A DNA stretch of 64,000 bases from Amoebophrya sp. A120. Lineage: Eukaryota; Protista; Dinoflagellata. Position numbers and translations under genes: made by a program. Location: the NCBI GenBank assembly GCA_905178155.1, contig CAJINV010000005.1:228254-292253 (forward strand), read 5' to 3'. The notes beneath the pieces were generated by a model, which was not told where the DNA came from, did no database searches, and saw nothing but the letters and a program-made list of their open reading frames with translations. Below are positions 1 through 13,900 of the stretch, piece after piece (the first letter of the stretch is position 1; every line of letters starts with the position of its first letter).

Positions 1-656
1 AAATCGTAAAACTTCTTTGCCAGCTTTACGTAGCGGAGGTCCTGCTGGCGCTTTTTTGGTTTAATATTCCCCTCTGTAGTACCGCCAGAACTTCTTGTAT
101 CCTCTTCGTACGGAATTTCCCTGTTTCTGAAGTAGTGTTGCACGAGATACTTGTCAAAGGTCGGGTCAACACACAGCTTCCCCAACGCCCGCACGTAGTC
201 CAGGTTCGCGTTCATTTGCACCTGCCCTTCGTCCGTGACCGAAAACATCACGTGCTGGTATTTAAACACGATGTGTTCCGCGAGTTCAACAACCTCTTGA
301 TCGCGGAACAATTTGGCGACGCCCTCTTCCTTCATTCTGCGGTCAAGTGCATTTGGTCTGAGGCCGTCATTGTTGTAGTTGGTGGGGTTCTCTTTCTGAT
401 ACAGGAATATTACTTCCATCTTCTCCCGTACCAGTTTTCGCCAGGCCGCGAAGTCGGAGCCGAAAATGTTCGGGTCTTCACAGGTGAGCAGAACCGGAAG
501 CTGGTAAAAAGAGCTGCTTGACGTTGTTCCCTCTACTGCAGGACCAGCCTCAGCGCAAGTGCCACTGAATTGGTCGTGCACCACCGTTGTAAAAAAGAGC
601 AGCGCGGCTGCAAAACGACAGAAACGAAGAGAACAAACAGACACAGGGGCTAACAT
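1..656 (-). CDS. Hypothetical protein with signal-peptide-like N-terminus, runs off the window edge
   Basis: Open frame from ATG 656 (MLAPVSVCSLRFCRFAAALLFFTTVV...) for about 218 codons with no stop before position 1; absent from the ORF track because it has no stop. Confidence 0.65.
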   Translation of the reverse strand, partial: MLAPVSVCSLRFCRFAAALLFFTTVVHDQFSGTCAEAGPAVEGTTSSSSFYQLPVLLTCEDPNIFGSDFAAWRKLVREKMEVIFLYQKENPTNYNNDGLRPNALDRRMKEEGVAKLFRDQEVVELAEHIVFKYQHVMFSVTDEGQVQMNANLDYVRALGKLCVDPTFDKYLVQHYFRNREIPYEEDTRSSGGTTEGNIKPKKRQQDLRYVKLAKKFYD

Positions 657-3600
657 CGTTATATTTTGCAAATATCTGTGATTCATCCGGGTTAATCAGA
701 GTACGAAGAAGAAACCCAAGCTCACCCAACGGTGGTACTACGCGTCACTTGATGACCTCTCTTGAAAGGCAAAAAAACCCGTAGAGTTTCCAATCAGGAA
801 AGTTGTAAGATGCGAAAGCCAAGAGAGTCGAAGCATTGTCGGTTGGGATGGACGATGGGATGGCACGAATGAGTTCTTCCTTTGTTTTGTGTCGATAAAA
901 ACACGTCACCGCCGTGGTGGGTCCCAAACTTCACGAAAAAAAAAATGTACCTGCAAGTCAGACCGATCGAGATCGCGAAAGGCTGCGGCTGTAAGTAAGT
1001 GCTAGGATCCTGCATGCTCTGACCTGACAAACTTGCAAAGAAGTACTTAAACGGATGACTTTACTGACCCTGCTTTTTTTCGTGCCGTACGACACGTTCG
1101 GCTGCGATAAAGAACGCACAAAAATGGCCGCCGCAGGACCCTGGTAGCCGCGAGGAGACGACTCTTACCCCACGTGGTTTTTTCTCATATTTTTGTTCCA
1201 TTACAGCAGCACAGGGAATAATAGCTCACGAAAAAATGGTTTGAAATCCCCTTGTACAAGAAAAACAAGAAATTCGTGTTTGCGTCGTGTTCTCAAAAGT
1301 GCGCGGCAGTTCACTACCTACGGGTTTTTTTGTCCAGTGGCCTCATCACAAGTGTAGAGAAAAGCCACGCAAGATTAGTTTACGTCACCTTTACTACACT
1401 TAGATAGCAAGGTCGTCGCTTTCTTCGTAAAAATCCTGATAGATGGCAAAAGACCCCACCCTTATGTCTGAATTCAATCTTCTACCGCCGCGTGCGAAAG
1501 AGTTTCCAAAGCAAGAAGCGTTTTGCTCCGAAATCTTGCGCTGCGGTTCGACGTAATCTTCACTGCCCTAAGGACATGTAGAAAGTAGATAGTAGACACC
1601 TATCGCAGTATCCTATCTATGAATTCTGTGTTTCTCTTTCTGCTCCCGCGAGCTACGTATGAAATACCAATTCCAAGCCTTCGCTGGGCCATTCTCTCTG
1701 CGTGCTGCTGCTATCCTATTTTTGTTCGTTTTTCATCCACCACCAGGGGCAAAGAAAGCACACGCACAATTGCACCCGAGTTGATGACATTTTGCTTTTA
1801 TAATTTGGTACACACAAGCAATTAGTGTTTTGGTTAAAAGAAATGACCTGAGAAGGTAGAACCTTCAATTTGTGGTGTAGTCCTGATTGGGGGGCAACGC
1901 AGTACTGGTTAATATTCTGGTAAGCACGTATTGAATAATTCGGTTACAGATCGAAGTTGAGTGGAGTAATTACTTAAATCGCAATAAATCGGTTCACATT
2001 ATGTTGCTGAATAGTGGATTTTATAATTCTTACTCAAGAGGTACAACTGGTGGTCAGGATTATAAAAGACATTGTAAAACTGCTCGCTTCCGCTACACCC
2101 ATTGGTGGTGTCCGCATCCGCAAGCTCGTAGTGTACGATGGCTTTGTAAATTATTACCCTAATAATCCCAGCTGCAGTAAGCCAGAGCCTCACACGCGCT
2201 AGCCAGCGACGTCATGGTCGGGCTTTTGCGGGCTGTGCTCAGCTTGTGCTGTCATTTGTTATCGTGGCGCCTACACATGATGCTCAGAAGTAAAAACCCT
2301 ACTACACAAGTCGCTTGTCAATGACAACTTGAACTTTTGAGTAGTTTTGTATTGTTCGCTTAAACTTAAGCAATATTAACTATCATATATTTTCGTCTCT
2401 ACATCACTGTAAATCCTTGTGCAGGAGCTGCTTCTCCGTGTCCGTATGAATGAAACTAAGTCATAATTTAGTACCTACTGCAGCATGAAATTAATATCGA
2501 AATCATTTGAAGATCCCCTAAATAGTCTAATTCGCCCCTAAGAAGCTACTTGCGCGACATTACCGTTGCACGAGACTTTTAATCCCCATGTGCGTCTTTC
2601 CTACTACAGCGGCACAGACTCCTTCGGAGCGTGTGTACTTAGAGTAAACTTACCCTTAATGATCCCATAGATTGCATACCACGGTGCGCAGTATGTTGCT
2701 GCCTAATGTTCATTTCGAAGTGCCATCCCAGAGGAGAGAGCTGTAGAAGCTCTCGCCCCGTTTTCTTGACAATATCCCGTCACCGTGCAGTCTTATTTGT
2801 GTGTTGAGGTGATAAACCCATAGCCGTAAGATACAGCTAGCTTCGATTTGCTATGACAATAAAAGCCTGGTGTTGCATATTCCATCTCGTCTTCACGCTG
2901 CACCCATTTTGCAACAGCCCGGTGAAGTTCGATGATGCACAGCAACAATATTGTCAGTGTGAGACTTTTTATTCGCATCTCGTCGGCCAACAAGTTGTAA
3001 AGCGTTTCCTTTTCTCGATGCGCCGCTGCTAAATTGTGTCGACCGATCGAAGTAGGTCACTGCAAAATTTATCCGTTTGTGCTGTAGGTCAAGCTATGGC
3101 TATTAAGCTTCTGTTCGTCATCTACGCTTGAAAAATAATATTCATAGCGTGCATTTTTTACGACTGCGGAATATCCCGTGAAAGAATAAGACAGAGACAG
3201 CTCAAATTTGTAAATCGAAATACAAAATTTACGCACAACAATGCGGCGCATCATTCTTTTTTGCACCGTTGCACCGACGAGAAGGCGCAGTGCACTCGTG
3301 GCGCAGTGCATCTTCACGACAGGGTGCAGAACTCTACCGTATACATGTAGCGAAGAAAGTAGCGTGTCGATTAACTATTGGTCGTTTATGCATCTACAAA
3401 GAGTTGTAAAGCCGGTTTCGTTGTAAGCTTGCTGTGACTATTAGAAGACCTATTTTTCCGTTAGAAGAAGCAAAAAAAGGGGTAAACACTATAAGTAGAA
3501 AACTGTTTTTCAAGAAATTTTGACAGGTTTGTATATCTGTTTTTTTTTGTTCCTAACGTTCCACTACTTTCGACTTTCATGATCAAGACCGCACTTATTC

Positions 3601-4144
3601 GAGACGATTCTTACCCTGCATGACGACAGAGAAACAAGGCTGACTTCTTCCCATGTCATCCGCGGTTGGGAAAAAAAGCCCCGTACTTTTTCCGTTGCGG
3701 TCGCACTGATCTTTGATATAACGGTCATGATTTTCAGCTTAAATCGTTCATCGCAACATCATTGACGACATAATAATCTTTTCGCACAACACGGCAGAGC
3801 GCGCAGTCCTAGTATCCTGGCTGTATTTTTTTTTGTTTTTGTTTTATTAGGTGTGGTAGTATCTATTATCGATCTTATCTCGGCATAATATGATGTCGGA
3901 GTTTACCGCGTCGTGACTGTGGGTTTGTAGTTACTCGCAAATTTCCAGTTCTTTCAGGAAACAATAAAGCACGAGATATTGATTATATTGGATGTCGCAC
4001 GACACAAACCGCTTTCGAGCGTGATGATGAAAAACAAAAAGTTGTGACTACTACTTCTCTTTTACTAACACTTCAAATCGTATCTCTAAAATCAGACACG
4101 ATGTTTGAATCGATGATGTTTTTTCACTGCAAGAATTTTTGCTT

Positions 4145-7100
4145 CTACCGCAACTGTATCAAATGCAAAAGTGTCTGGGTCTGGAAGAGTCATGCTGTTT
4201 TTGCATGACACAGAAGGTCTGGCATGGAAGCGCTAGCATCACAGGCTTCGAGAAGCTTCCGCAATGCCGAATCGGCATGACAAATGCCCCATTTTGGTGA
4301 CAGATAGTGGGCAGCTTTTGCTGCCTATGCATGAGAAGTTTTTTTGTGTTGTGAAATGCGCATCACAAGTTTGCATTCTTCCAGACCCAGATATATTTGC
4401 ATTGCATAAACTGGCTGCTGGTGTGGAACAGCTCCTCGGGGGTGCTGAACCCATCCTCGTAGGTGTCCGCCGTGTACTGCCGCGACTGACTCCGCCGCGT
4501 GTAGTACGTCTCCATGGCCCCGCGCTCGCCGTTCGCCGCCGCCAACTGCGCGCTGTCGGCGTACATCAGGGTTGCTCCCGGGGAGAGCGGCCGCCGCACG
4601 TTGCCGTTCGCGTCCGGATGCTGCTGGCGCTGGAGCACGCCCAGCAACTCCGTGACCAACGACAACACCAGCTGCTGGCTCTGCGGGTCCTCGGGCAGGC
4701 TGGAGGGTAAATGGCGCAAATTGGTGTGATATCAAATGCAAAAGTGTCTGGGTCTGGAAGAGTCGTGCTGCTTTTGCATGACACAGAAGGTATGGCATGG
4801 AAGGTCTAGCACCACAGGTTTCGAGACGCTGCCGCAATGCCGAATCTGCATCACAAATGCCCGATTTTGATGACAGAAAGTGGGCAGCTTTTGCTGCCTA
4901 CGCATGAGAGATTTTTATGTGTTGTGAAATGCGCAGCACAAGTTTGCACTCTTCCAGACCCAGACATATTTGCAATTCATATGTGACTCGAAAGGGTGTC
5001 CGCGTACTGTTGCCGGCGCAAAGACGACGAGGACCCAGCTGCGTTCGGCTCGTGCGGGTGCAGCGGGGCCGCGCCAGAAGAATTTCTTCCGCCTTGCTGG
5101 TGCTCCAGTTGGTTGTAAGCAAAATTTCCCGTGGACGACGCGTTGGACAGCGAAGCCAGATTGTACCCGCTGTACTGGTTCGACGCCAACGTGTTCGTGT
5201 TGCTACCCATCGTCGCATATCAAGTGCAAAAATGTCTGGGTCTGGAAACTTGTGATGCTGAACTGTGCACGACTGAAATACTTCCCAAGGCAGCCAAGCA
5301 TGACAAGTTTGCCGAACACTTTGTGATGCGCATTCCGCATGACAAACTGCGCTTTAATATGACCAAAGGGGGCGATTCTTTGTTAGTCATGCAATACAGA
5401 TCTTACAGGAATGTAGGACTAGCATTACAAGGTCCAAGTTTCCAGACCCAGACACTTTTGCATTTGATATCGCAGCGCCGGAATTCAGGTCGTTGTAGTT
5501 GTGTGCTGGACCCCCTCCTGCAGCAGTTCCCTGACCGTGATGACCTCCGAAAGGAGCGAACTGATCGTAGACGGAAGATGAACCGTAGTTGCCGTACCCG
5601 TGGTTGCCTGCTCCGGGAATAAAGCCGGGAGCTGCACCAGCTGCGCCACTGCTACTCAACATCGGATTCGAAGTACTCGCAGCCAGGGGGCCGAACCCCG
5701 AGTGCGTGTTGCCATACAACGGATTGTAACTGTCGTGTTGGAGATCCAGGTACGACGTGGGACCCACCGGGTGGAATTGCGATTGCAACAAACTTGCGCT
5801 CGTGTGGAAAAACGTCGAACCCGTATCATTTGTCCCAGCACTGTGCTGATCGCGGTTGTTGAAAGTCGCTGCATCAACACCTCCCGACGCGGCCCCGGTC
5901 GGGGACAGGCCGTTGCTGTTGTTCCCGCGCTGGTCCTCGACGTGATTGGCTCGCACCGGGCTGTAGTACTGGCGATTCGCGTTGCGGTTGTTCCAAGAGT
6001 TATTGATAATTGTGTCGTCCCGCAGCCGGCTGTTTGGCGAAAAGTCCTCCCGAAAGGCCCGCGCTGCGCCGAACGAGGACGTGGTGGTCACGTTCCCCGT
6101 CGACGTATTCGCATTGGTCGTGGTCTCCGTACTTAGATTGTTCACTAACGAACCATTAGTCGGCGAGTTGGTACTACCATTCTCCATTTCCCGTGTCACG
6201 TCCCGCGAAAACCCCAACCCCGGGGGCTTGCGCGGCGGCAGCGCCGCGTTTTTCACCGTCTTGGATCGGATTTTGGAAGAAGTAGACTGGTGGTTATTGT
6301 TCCCTGAGGTCGAGGAGCTCGAACCACCCGCCACGTAGCCGTTGCTCTGCCCCGCGGTGTTGGAAGAGGAGCTCCCCGGCTGGTCGGAACTCGACCCCGT
6401 GCCGGTGCGGGTGTTGATCGTGGCGTTCGAAGTGTTGGTCGTGGGCTGCTCAACATCCAAATTGATGCGCTGATGACTGTTGATGTTCTGTTGGTGCTTC
6501 TTGGATTTGGTAGTAGTCGGTCCTTGCGAAATGGTGACATTGTGGCGGTGCAAACCAGCAGCAGTTGTACTACTACCCATCGGCGGAGCGCTGATGCTCC
6601 CGGTGATGTTCCAGTTGTGGTCGTTCTGACTAGACGAAAACCCGTCGTAAAAGTTCGCGGGCGCGGTCGAGCTGGAGGTGTTCGCCCAAGAATTACCGTT
6701 GCCACGCGGGGGCGGTGCTGGTGCTCCAGCCGTCGCAGGACCGAGTCCATGCAGGTTATCGTACGTCATGTAGTTGTCCGCTGCGCGCATGCGCATCCAG
6801 CTGGGGATCGTAGTGGCACCATTGTTCATGTTGTTCTGGTTGTTGCCTCCGAGAGGTCCAGAGAACTGTCCGAACATGTCACTCATCTGCTGGGCTGCTT
6901 GAGAATTGTTGTGCAACATCGGAGCAGTCGCTTTCTTAGTCGTACTCGCAGGTTTGCCGTTATTCACCATCCCGCCAGCCGGAGTGGCGGAAAGTGTAGT
7001 CGTACTTTGCTTGCTGTTCTTCTTGGTTTTGCTGGGACGGGGGAGCGAGGACTTCCCCTTGGACAGGTCAGGATTCTCGTTGACACAGGCAGACGCTTCA

Positions 7101-7584
7101 TCCGTCGGGTCCACCGGGTGCTTGAAGCGGCAACGGGATCCTGTTTCGATTTGTTCAGATGCTCTTTGTTCTCAGCGACATAGCAGCATACACCATCCGC
7201 TTTCACCCAATTTTTCTCATGCTCACTACTTCTGATGAAAACAATAACAAAGACGCACCTTCCCAAAAGTGTCGTGTACTCAAAGAAACACCCGCTGAAA
7301 ATTATACCTTTGAAGCAGTTCCCCTTGAGATAGTGGCGACACACGACCGATTTCAGCAACTCGCGCTTCTCGTCGTTGCTCATGTTGAGAACGGTGGCCA
7401 TGGCCTCCTTGTTTTTGTCCAGCAAGGGGCTGGTGTCATTGTTTGCATTCTCGAGATCTCCCTTCTCCGGGGCCAGCACGTCGGCGCAGATCAGCGACGA
7501 CTCGTCGGTGAGTAGCGCCGGGGCGGCCAGTGGAGCGAGGGCAGATCCGAGTTCTTCTACGTTCTGTGCTACTGCTGCCGCCAT
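4145..7584 (-). CDS. CCCH zinc-finger protein with long N/S/G-rich disordered region
   Basis: A GT-AG intron at 7141-7307 joins CRHYLKGNCFK to GSRCRFKH (C-x7-C-x5-C-x3-H). Removing three TIR elements joins ORFs 5387-7114, 4977-5210 and 4363-4719 in frame, ending SSQLR* at 4145. Confidence 0.85.
4157..4408. mobile_element. Introner/MITE family A, 252 bp, TSD AACTG
   Basis: TIR TATCAAATGCAAAAGTGTCTGGGTCTGGAA ... TTCCAGACCCAGATATATTTGCATTGCATA; AACTG on both flanks. Confidence 0.95.
4730..4981. mobile_element. Introner/MITE family A, 252 bp, TSD TGTGA
   Basis: About 30-bp TIR; TGTGA on both flanks; excision gives SSHTNLRHLP in frame. Confidence 0.95.
5218..5469. mobile_element. Introner/MITE family A, 252 bp, TSD TCGCA
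   Basis: TIR plus TSD; excision gives SGAATMGSN in frame. Confidence 0.95.
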
Positions 7585-8040
7585 ATCCGATTTGGTCTTC
7601 GCGCAACTGCGCTAGAACGGCCGGCGGGCGGTGCGAAGTAGGCTGACGCGAAGTAGATAGAAGTGCGAGGTCTCTGCTTGGAAGGTGTTCTTCCTTCGTC
7701 GCTGATTCTAGTGTTCGTCGTCCTCCCACTGTGAGAGGTGTTAGTTCCTCCCCCCTTGGGAAAGTTTACGTTTGTTGTCGAGTTGGTTGCGCTGGTTTCA
7801 AAAAATCAGGACCCGCCTCACGAATGTGAAGAGCAATTTGATTGCAAGTTCTTCGGAAGTGAAATCCTTAATGAATAAAGGACAGCGCTATGAACAGCGC
7901 CTAGAAAACAGTGACAAAGCTTGCCCTCACGTTAGCCTATTAGATAATAGGAGGAGGAGGAGGAAACCTCTATAGCCAGCTTCTATCTACTAAGCTATTC
8001 TTTTGTAAGCTAACTATAGGACATGTTTTCGAAGTGGACT

Positions 8041-8123
8041 AGCCCAGCGGTATATGTATAGATAATATTGATTCAGTATAGCCCAGCGGTGTATATTAGC
8101 CTATTAGATAATATTGATTCAGT
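8041..8123. repeat. Short imperfect tandem duplication
   Basis: AGCCCAGCGGT...TAGATAATATTGATTCAGT occurs twice in tandem. Confidence 0.7.
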
Positions 8124-9541
8124 GCGTTGTATTCTTTAGCACACGGAGTAGTTCATCTGCATGCGAACGGGTGAAAAAATAAAAAATCCTATACCGTTAT
8201 AGGAAATTTTCGTTTCCACGAAAGCTGTTCGCGAGACTAAATCTTCGGTACAACAAAGAGGCTTTGATGCTTTCTCACAGGGATTCGGATCTTCTGCAAA
8301 CACAAATCCTCGGAGAAAACAACAATCGTCGATGCTGTATGTGTCTCTCTCCTGTTGTTGAAGAGGCTAAGATGGTAGCTAACCGTCTAAAGGCAGTACT
8401 ATGAATTTGATAGAAAGTAAGGAAGTATGTGTACGTTGTGTTTGTAAAGAACTCGTTCTTACTTTTTGTTACACAGACTGAGACTGGGGGAAAAGCTTGT
8501 GAGTAAGCTCTTGGGATGATGATGAGATAAACCCTTGAAAATGATGTCCGGCGCCACACTCTCCCGCACTAATCTCGATCCACCTCCGTAGGACAATTAT
8601 TCCGAGGCCTTCTGCTATTGGTATTGGTAGATGATTGAGCTCTTCTTTTCAAGGTTGAGTTGGTAGGAATTACAATTTTTTTTTTGGTGAAAATATATGC
8701 TGGTGGTAGAGAGAAAGATTATAAATTTGTGGAAACAAATGAAAACGATCAGAACTGAACTACTTATTGGCTATACTTCCTTCACACAACATACACACGA
8801 TAGTTCGATCGGTTAAGAAGCAGGAGCAACTGCTCCGTTTTCTTGTCGTTGAGGGAACCTAAAAAACTCACACACTTGGAACCCTGGAAGGATGGGGGAG
8901 GGGAAAAAAAAAATTGGTGAAAGATTCTCTGAAAAACCAAAACACCAGCGAAAGACTTTTTCCAGCAAGGATGAGCCACCGGCGCAAGGTGTTCAACTAC
9001 TATGGCAAGCACGTGTAGTTTCATCTACCTAGCACCGAACTGCTTGTATACCAGTTTTCGCTCCTGTGACCCATACCAACCGACTTAGGGGTATGATTGT
9101 TGTGTGGAATCCATCTCAACCGACGTCGAGCCTCCTCCATTTCTGGCAAAATCTGTTTTTCACCGATACCAAAATTCTTTTTTAGAAGCCTTACAGAAAG
9201 CGTAACACAAGAAAACTCGCAAATCAATGCGACTCTACTGTAGCTCACAAGAGTCGGCTTCCGCAGCTGTTGGTCCTGTTTAGATTTTGAATCGTTTTGT
9301 TTTTCCCTTTTGTGTTGACATCCACACGACACCTTCTCTACGTTAGACTTGGCTGAAGCCCAGCGCAGATGTGGACAAGTTTCGGTTCGCGTAATTTTAC
9401 AGGTTTATCTTTTGCATACAGGGTTCTATGACACTGCGACAGGTTGTGTACAGTTTTTCAATAGGCGCGTTTTTTCCAACTTCTAGTATTAATATTACGT
9501 GTGTTTAGCACATTATACATTTTTGGTTTTCAACTGTTGCT

Positions 9542-9803
9542 TATCAAATGTAAAAATGTCTGGGTCTGGAAGAATGCGCGATTTGTCATGCAGAATTTCC
9601 ATGACCCATGAGGTCTGGAATGCAGGACACAGCATGACAGATTCTGTGCGATCTTTCCCATGCCTATCCTGCATGAGAAACTGCTTCCCGACTTGGTCAA
9701 AACTGGACGACTTTTGGTAATCATGCAACACAGATTTTTGCATGCTTCAGACTTAGCATGACAAATTGCATTCTTCCAGACCCAGACACTTTTACATTTG
9801 ATA
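9542..9803. mobile_element. MITE family A, 262 bp, TSD TTGCT, apparently intergenic or UTR
   Basis: TIR plus TTGCT on both flanks; no host ORF evident. Confidence 0.93.
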
Positions 9804-9862
9804 TTGCTAGAAGTGCGACCGGCCGAGAAAATCGTTTTCGCAACGCCCATGTCATGTTGTAT

Positions 9863-10177
9863 TATGAAAGTGTCAGAATCAAAATGGACAAAATCGAAAA
9901 ATTTGTGATGCACAAAATCGATGTCAGTTGGAGTCTCAGTTCCCAAGTGGCGCATGACAAATTTCGGGAGCACCCAAATCCAGTCTGTCATGCTGTTTGG
10001 GCAAAGAAGACTGCTCCTGTCATGCTTCTCTGGCAGCGCATACGCATTGCATACCCCTAAACAGGCTTACAATCCGTCTCATGATTTGCCTGCTCCCCAA
10101 TACAGGCCTCCAGTGCCCTACATTTTATGCATCACAAATTTTTCGACTTTGTCGATTTCGATCCTGACACATCCATA
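9863..10177. mobile_element. MITE family B, 315 bp, TSD TGTAT, apparently intergenic or UTR
   Basis: About 50-bp imperfect TIR (TATGAAAGTGTCAGAATC... / ...GATCCTGACACATCCATA); closely similar copy at 50214-50520. Confidence 0.93.
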
Positions 10178-10905
10178 TGTATTTGCAAAATAATATCCTG
10201 ACGAGGAAGCAGCCAAAGATTGCGACTCTTGGCGACTTTCTGCTTTATTTCCGTGAACCAAAACGACAGATATTAACTACAGCTAGAAAAACATCAAACA
10301 ATTATAGGTTTACTGTCCGTCGATAAAATCTTCAAATGCATAAGTGGGTAATAATGAAGCAGAATAAGTGTTGCATCTAGCACAGTTGGAACGCTCTGCA
10401 GCTGACCCGCGCCAGGCGAGCAAACGGCAGTAGCGCCTGCGTAGAAGAGAGGTTTTTAGGAGTGTAATTGAATAGCTTACAATGGTTTACTATCGAGGAG
10501 AGGGTTGTAATTGAATATTAGCATGTAATAGAATAGAGGTACTATCAACTCGCGTGGTTAAGATGTAAATACAGTAAGACAAACAGGACCCAGGGATAAT
10601 TTTTTTAATGCGTTAAACTGTTAACTGAAAACCAACTATTTGAAAGCGCAGAAAATCTGAATTGATGAAAGAGGCTGCGACCTAGAAGCAAATCCACTCT
10701 ACGTATGCCCTAGTCGCACGCTCTTGCTTTGTCTGATTCTATTACGTTGAGGTACATTACGTTAAGATACTAATCGAGTCTGACATTTTTGCTGTTAAAC
10801 TGGTAAACAAACAAATCGAATTACGGTTTTTCACGTTCATTTGCTAGAAATCTAGAGTCATTTGAAATCATTCCCAATACCAATCGGCACAACCAAACCG
10901 GCCGC

Positions 10906-13900
10906 TCAGAACACCCGCATCGGCGCCAGCTGCCCTGGTCGATGGTAATTGGATGGTGGTTGCTTCGTGCCCGGCAGCGCGCGACGGGAGCTCGAAATTT
11001 GGTACCGGCCGCCGCTCTGGTGCACCTTCTCGTACACGGGGACTTTGTTGTTCGGACGGTGGTCGTAGCCGTTGTTGGGCACCTTCATGTTCGCGAGCGC
11101 GGGTAGGTTGTGCGGGTACCGCTTCGCAACGCCAGACCCGGACGCCTGATACTGCACGGACCCGCTGGGCCCTTGGCGCTTGACGTCGTTGTAGTTCCTT
11201 TCGTAGTTCCGGTACTGCTGCGCCGGCGTGATTTGCGGTCCGCCGCGCGAGCCTGGGGGGGTTTGGAGTTGTTGTGCGTAGGGGGATTGGTAGGTATTGG
11301 GATCGTTGTAGGGGGTACCCACTTGTTGCTGTCTTGAATTATTGTTTGCATCTCGACTCTGATTCCTACGATGTCGCTCTTGCACGTGATAGCCGTCGAC
11401 TCCCTCGAAATAGCCTCTACTCTCATTTTCGCCCGGTAACGGGTAGTGATCCACGGGCGGTTGCTTGCTGCTGGACGACGGCGTCTGCGCCCTCTCTCCG
11501 TGGTGCTGCTGCTGTGAAGATCCTCTACTGCGCACATTCTGCTGTTGGTTATACGCATCATTATTGTTCCCAGTTGCAGCTCCTGATGGTCCCGGGGTTC
11601 CCAAGCCCATCCGTTCCCTGTCTCTCTGCGCTCTCCTTAATTCTAGTTCCTGTCGTGCGACCTCCAATTCCTCTCTCGATCTGACCCGCCGCTCAGGCCC
11701 GACAATGTTATCTGGCGGCGGCTTCGAGCTACTGCTACTTCGCTCGGCTTGCTGCCTCTGCTGCTGCTGCGCAGCGTAGTTGTCCGGCGTCTGCGCCCGG
11801 GCGTTGGAGCTCGACGACGGTTCTTGGCTGTAGTCAACCCGTCTCGAAGCTGCAGACGAGCCTCCTGCTTGCTCTCCTCTCAACTCGTGATCTCTCCGCA
11901 TTCTTCTCTCGTAGTTGTTCCCAGCAGCGACCGCCACCATCTCCGCGTAGTTGGGTGGTGGCCTCGGCCCGGAATTCGACCCGGGCCGTTGGCTCGACGT
12001 CCCTGGTCGATTTCCGTTTAGCTGCTGCTGGTTCAATAATTGCCTCTGCTGCGCCATCACCGCCCCCGGGTCGACGGCGGACGGCATGGCCGGCGGCCGG
12101 CCGGGCCGGTTGCTGTTGCCGTTGTTTCTTTCCCTCGCCCCCTCGGCGTATTCCTGCACATAAACTGGCAAATTGGTCTTCGGGGGCTCCCGCGGATGAT
12201 CCCGACTCGGCGTTTCGTTATTTGCCCGCACCTGACTGCTTGCAGGCCGGTACTCCCCCCCTGCCTGGCGAACCAGTGCGTCGTTGCCCTGTCTTGAATT
12301 CAGCAGCTGCCTTTGCTGGTCGGCCGAGACCTGTGGATCCCCGTTGTACGAACCGAACCCAGGTGTGTTGTTATCCACTTTTCTCGCGCGGTCCTGCTGG
12401 TCCGCCCCGAGTGGTGTGAGCATGACAGCCCCGCTCCGATTACGATGCTCACGAGTCTCTCTGTCTCTCTCATCAGTACCTTTTTTGGACCGGGTCGTTC
12501 TTTTGGGTAAAAATTTCTGCTGGGGTAACATATTGATATCGGCATTCGAAAAAAAAGAAATAAACGCTCAATGGTTTTATTATTTTTGCAAGACCAAAAT
12601 CTTTTGAGAGAAAATCCCATACCATACCTGAATGTGGCACCTCCTGCCGACGGCTGCTTGAGACTGCGTGCCCTCCAGATGGCGTCCCGAGATGTCGGTA
12701 CGGACCCTGATATGATGTTAAAGTTTTCAGGTTGCCGAATAAAATGTCAATTGCGATCAAGCATGCCAAAACATACTCCAAGTGCATGTTCCTGCATAAG
12801 AAACTTCATATTACCTGTGGGTTCATCTGGTACGGGCCTTGGTTCAAATAGTCCGGGACAACTGGCAAATCCTGTTGAGGTATCAAATGCAAAAATGTCT
12901 GGGTCTGGAGGAATGCAAGTTTGTCATGCTTGTCTGGCATGACTCGAGAATCTGTGTTGCATAGGCACGAAAAAGCCCTCTTACGTGTCATGCAAAAACG
13001 CAGCTTGCCATGCGGAATACGTAAAACATGGCAGCCAAAAAAATTGTCATGCATAGCCGCGGAATGCAGTGCGTCTATCATTCATTTTTAGCATTACATA
13101 CAAGTTTCCAGACCCAGACGCTTTTGCAGTTGATATGAGGCTGCGGCTGTTGTGACTGCTGCTGCAAGTTGTATCGCAATTGGTCCAGCGAGTCTTTCGG
13201 CCGCCGGGATTGCCTCGACCTTCGGTATCTTTCCTCCTGACTTGGTTCCTCCGGGATCGGATCTTCGTACCTGATATTACGATTTTTCTTTTTCGACGAA
13301 AGTGATCGAACGGTATTAATTTTCTCATGCTGGTACTTACCGCGATGGGGATGGAAACAAACTCACTGCATCTGGTGTCATGCAAAAACTCAGGAAACAC
13401 AAACAACTTCTTCATCCCTCTAAATAAGTAATACCTTGGCCTGGGCATCTGCCCTGCCACCTCGGACATGTTTGCGTCCTTGGGCATCTTAATCGTGTTC
13501 AGCAGATCCGTGGGTACGTTCCGCGGCCCGCCCTTCCTGCTGGCCGAGTCGTAATGGATGTGCCGCTGCATGACGGGTAACTGCAGCAAAACGTCCACCG
13601 CCGGGCGTTGCCGGGGATTGACCTGCAGGAGCAGCGCGATCACTTCGTTGACGTCCCGGGAGTAAACCGAGGGGACTCGCGGGTATTGCCCGCGGAGAAT
13701 CTTGCGGTACAGAGACTCCATGTCGTCCGCTCGGAATGGAGGCCTGAACAAGCACATGATTGGTTACAATTTCATCTTCGTGTTTTTAGGTTGTCATGCT
13801 AGTAGAGCACTTCATGCATGTGAGAAGTACATACTCATCAACAGCAGGACCTAGTTTATCATTTTTACCTTTGTAGTACAAAACTGGAACAAACCCCAAA

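Noticed and set aside
657-4140. Short ORFs in the 0.7-4.1 kb region (similarly 48.8-50.0 and 53.7-54.9 kb)
   Set aside because: Short, AT-richer, with no motifs or coherent exon chains; treated as intergenic. No tRNA, rRNA or spliced-leader gene was recognised by eye.
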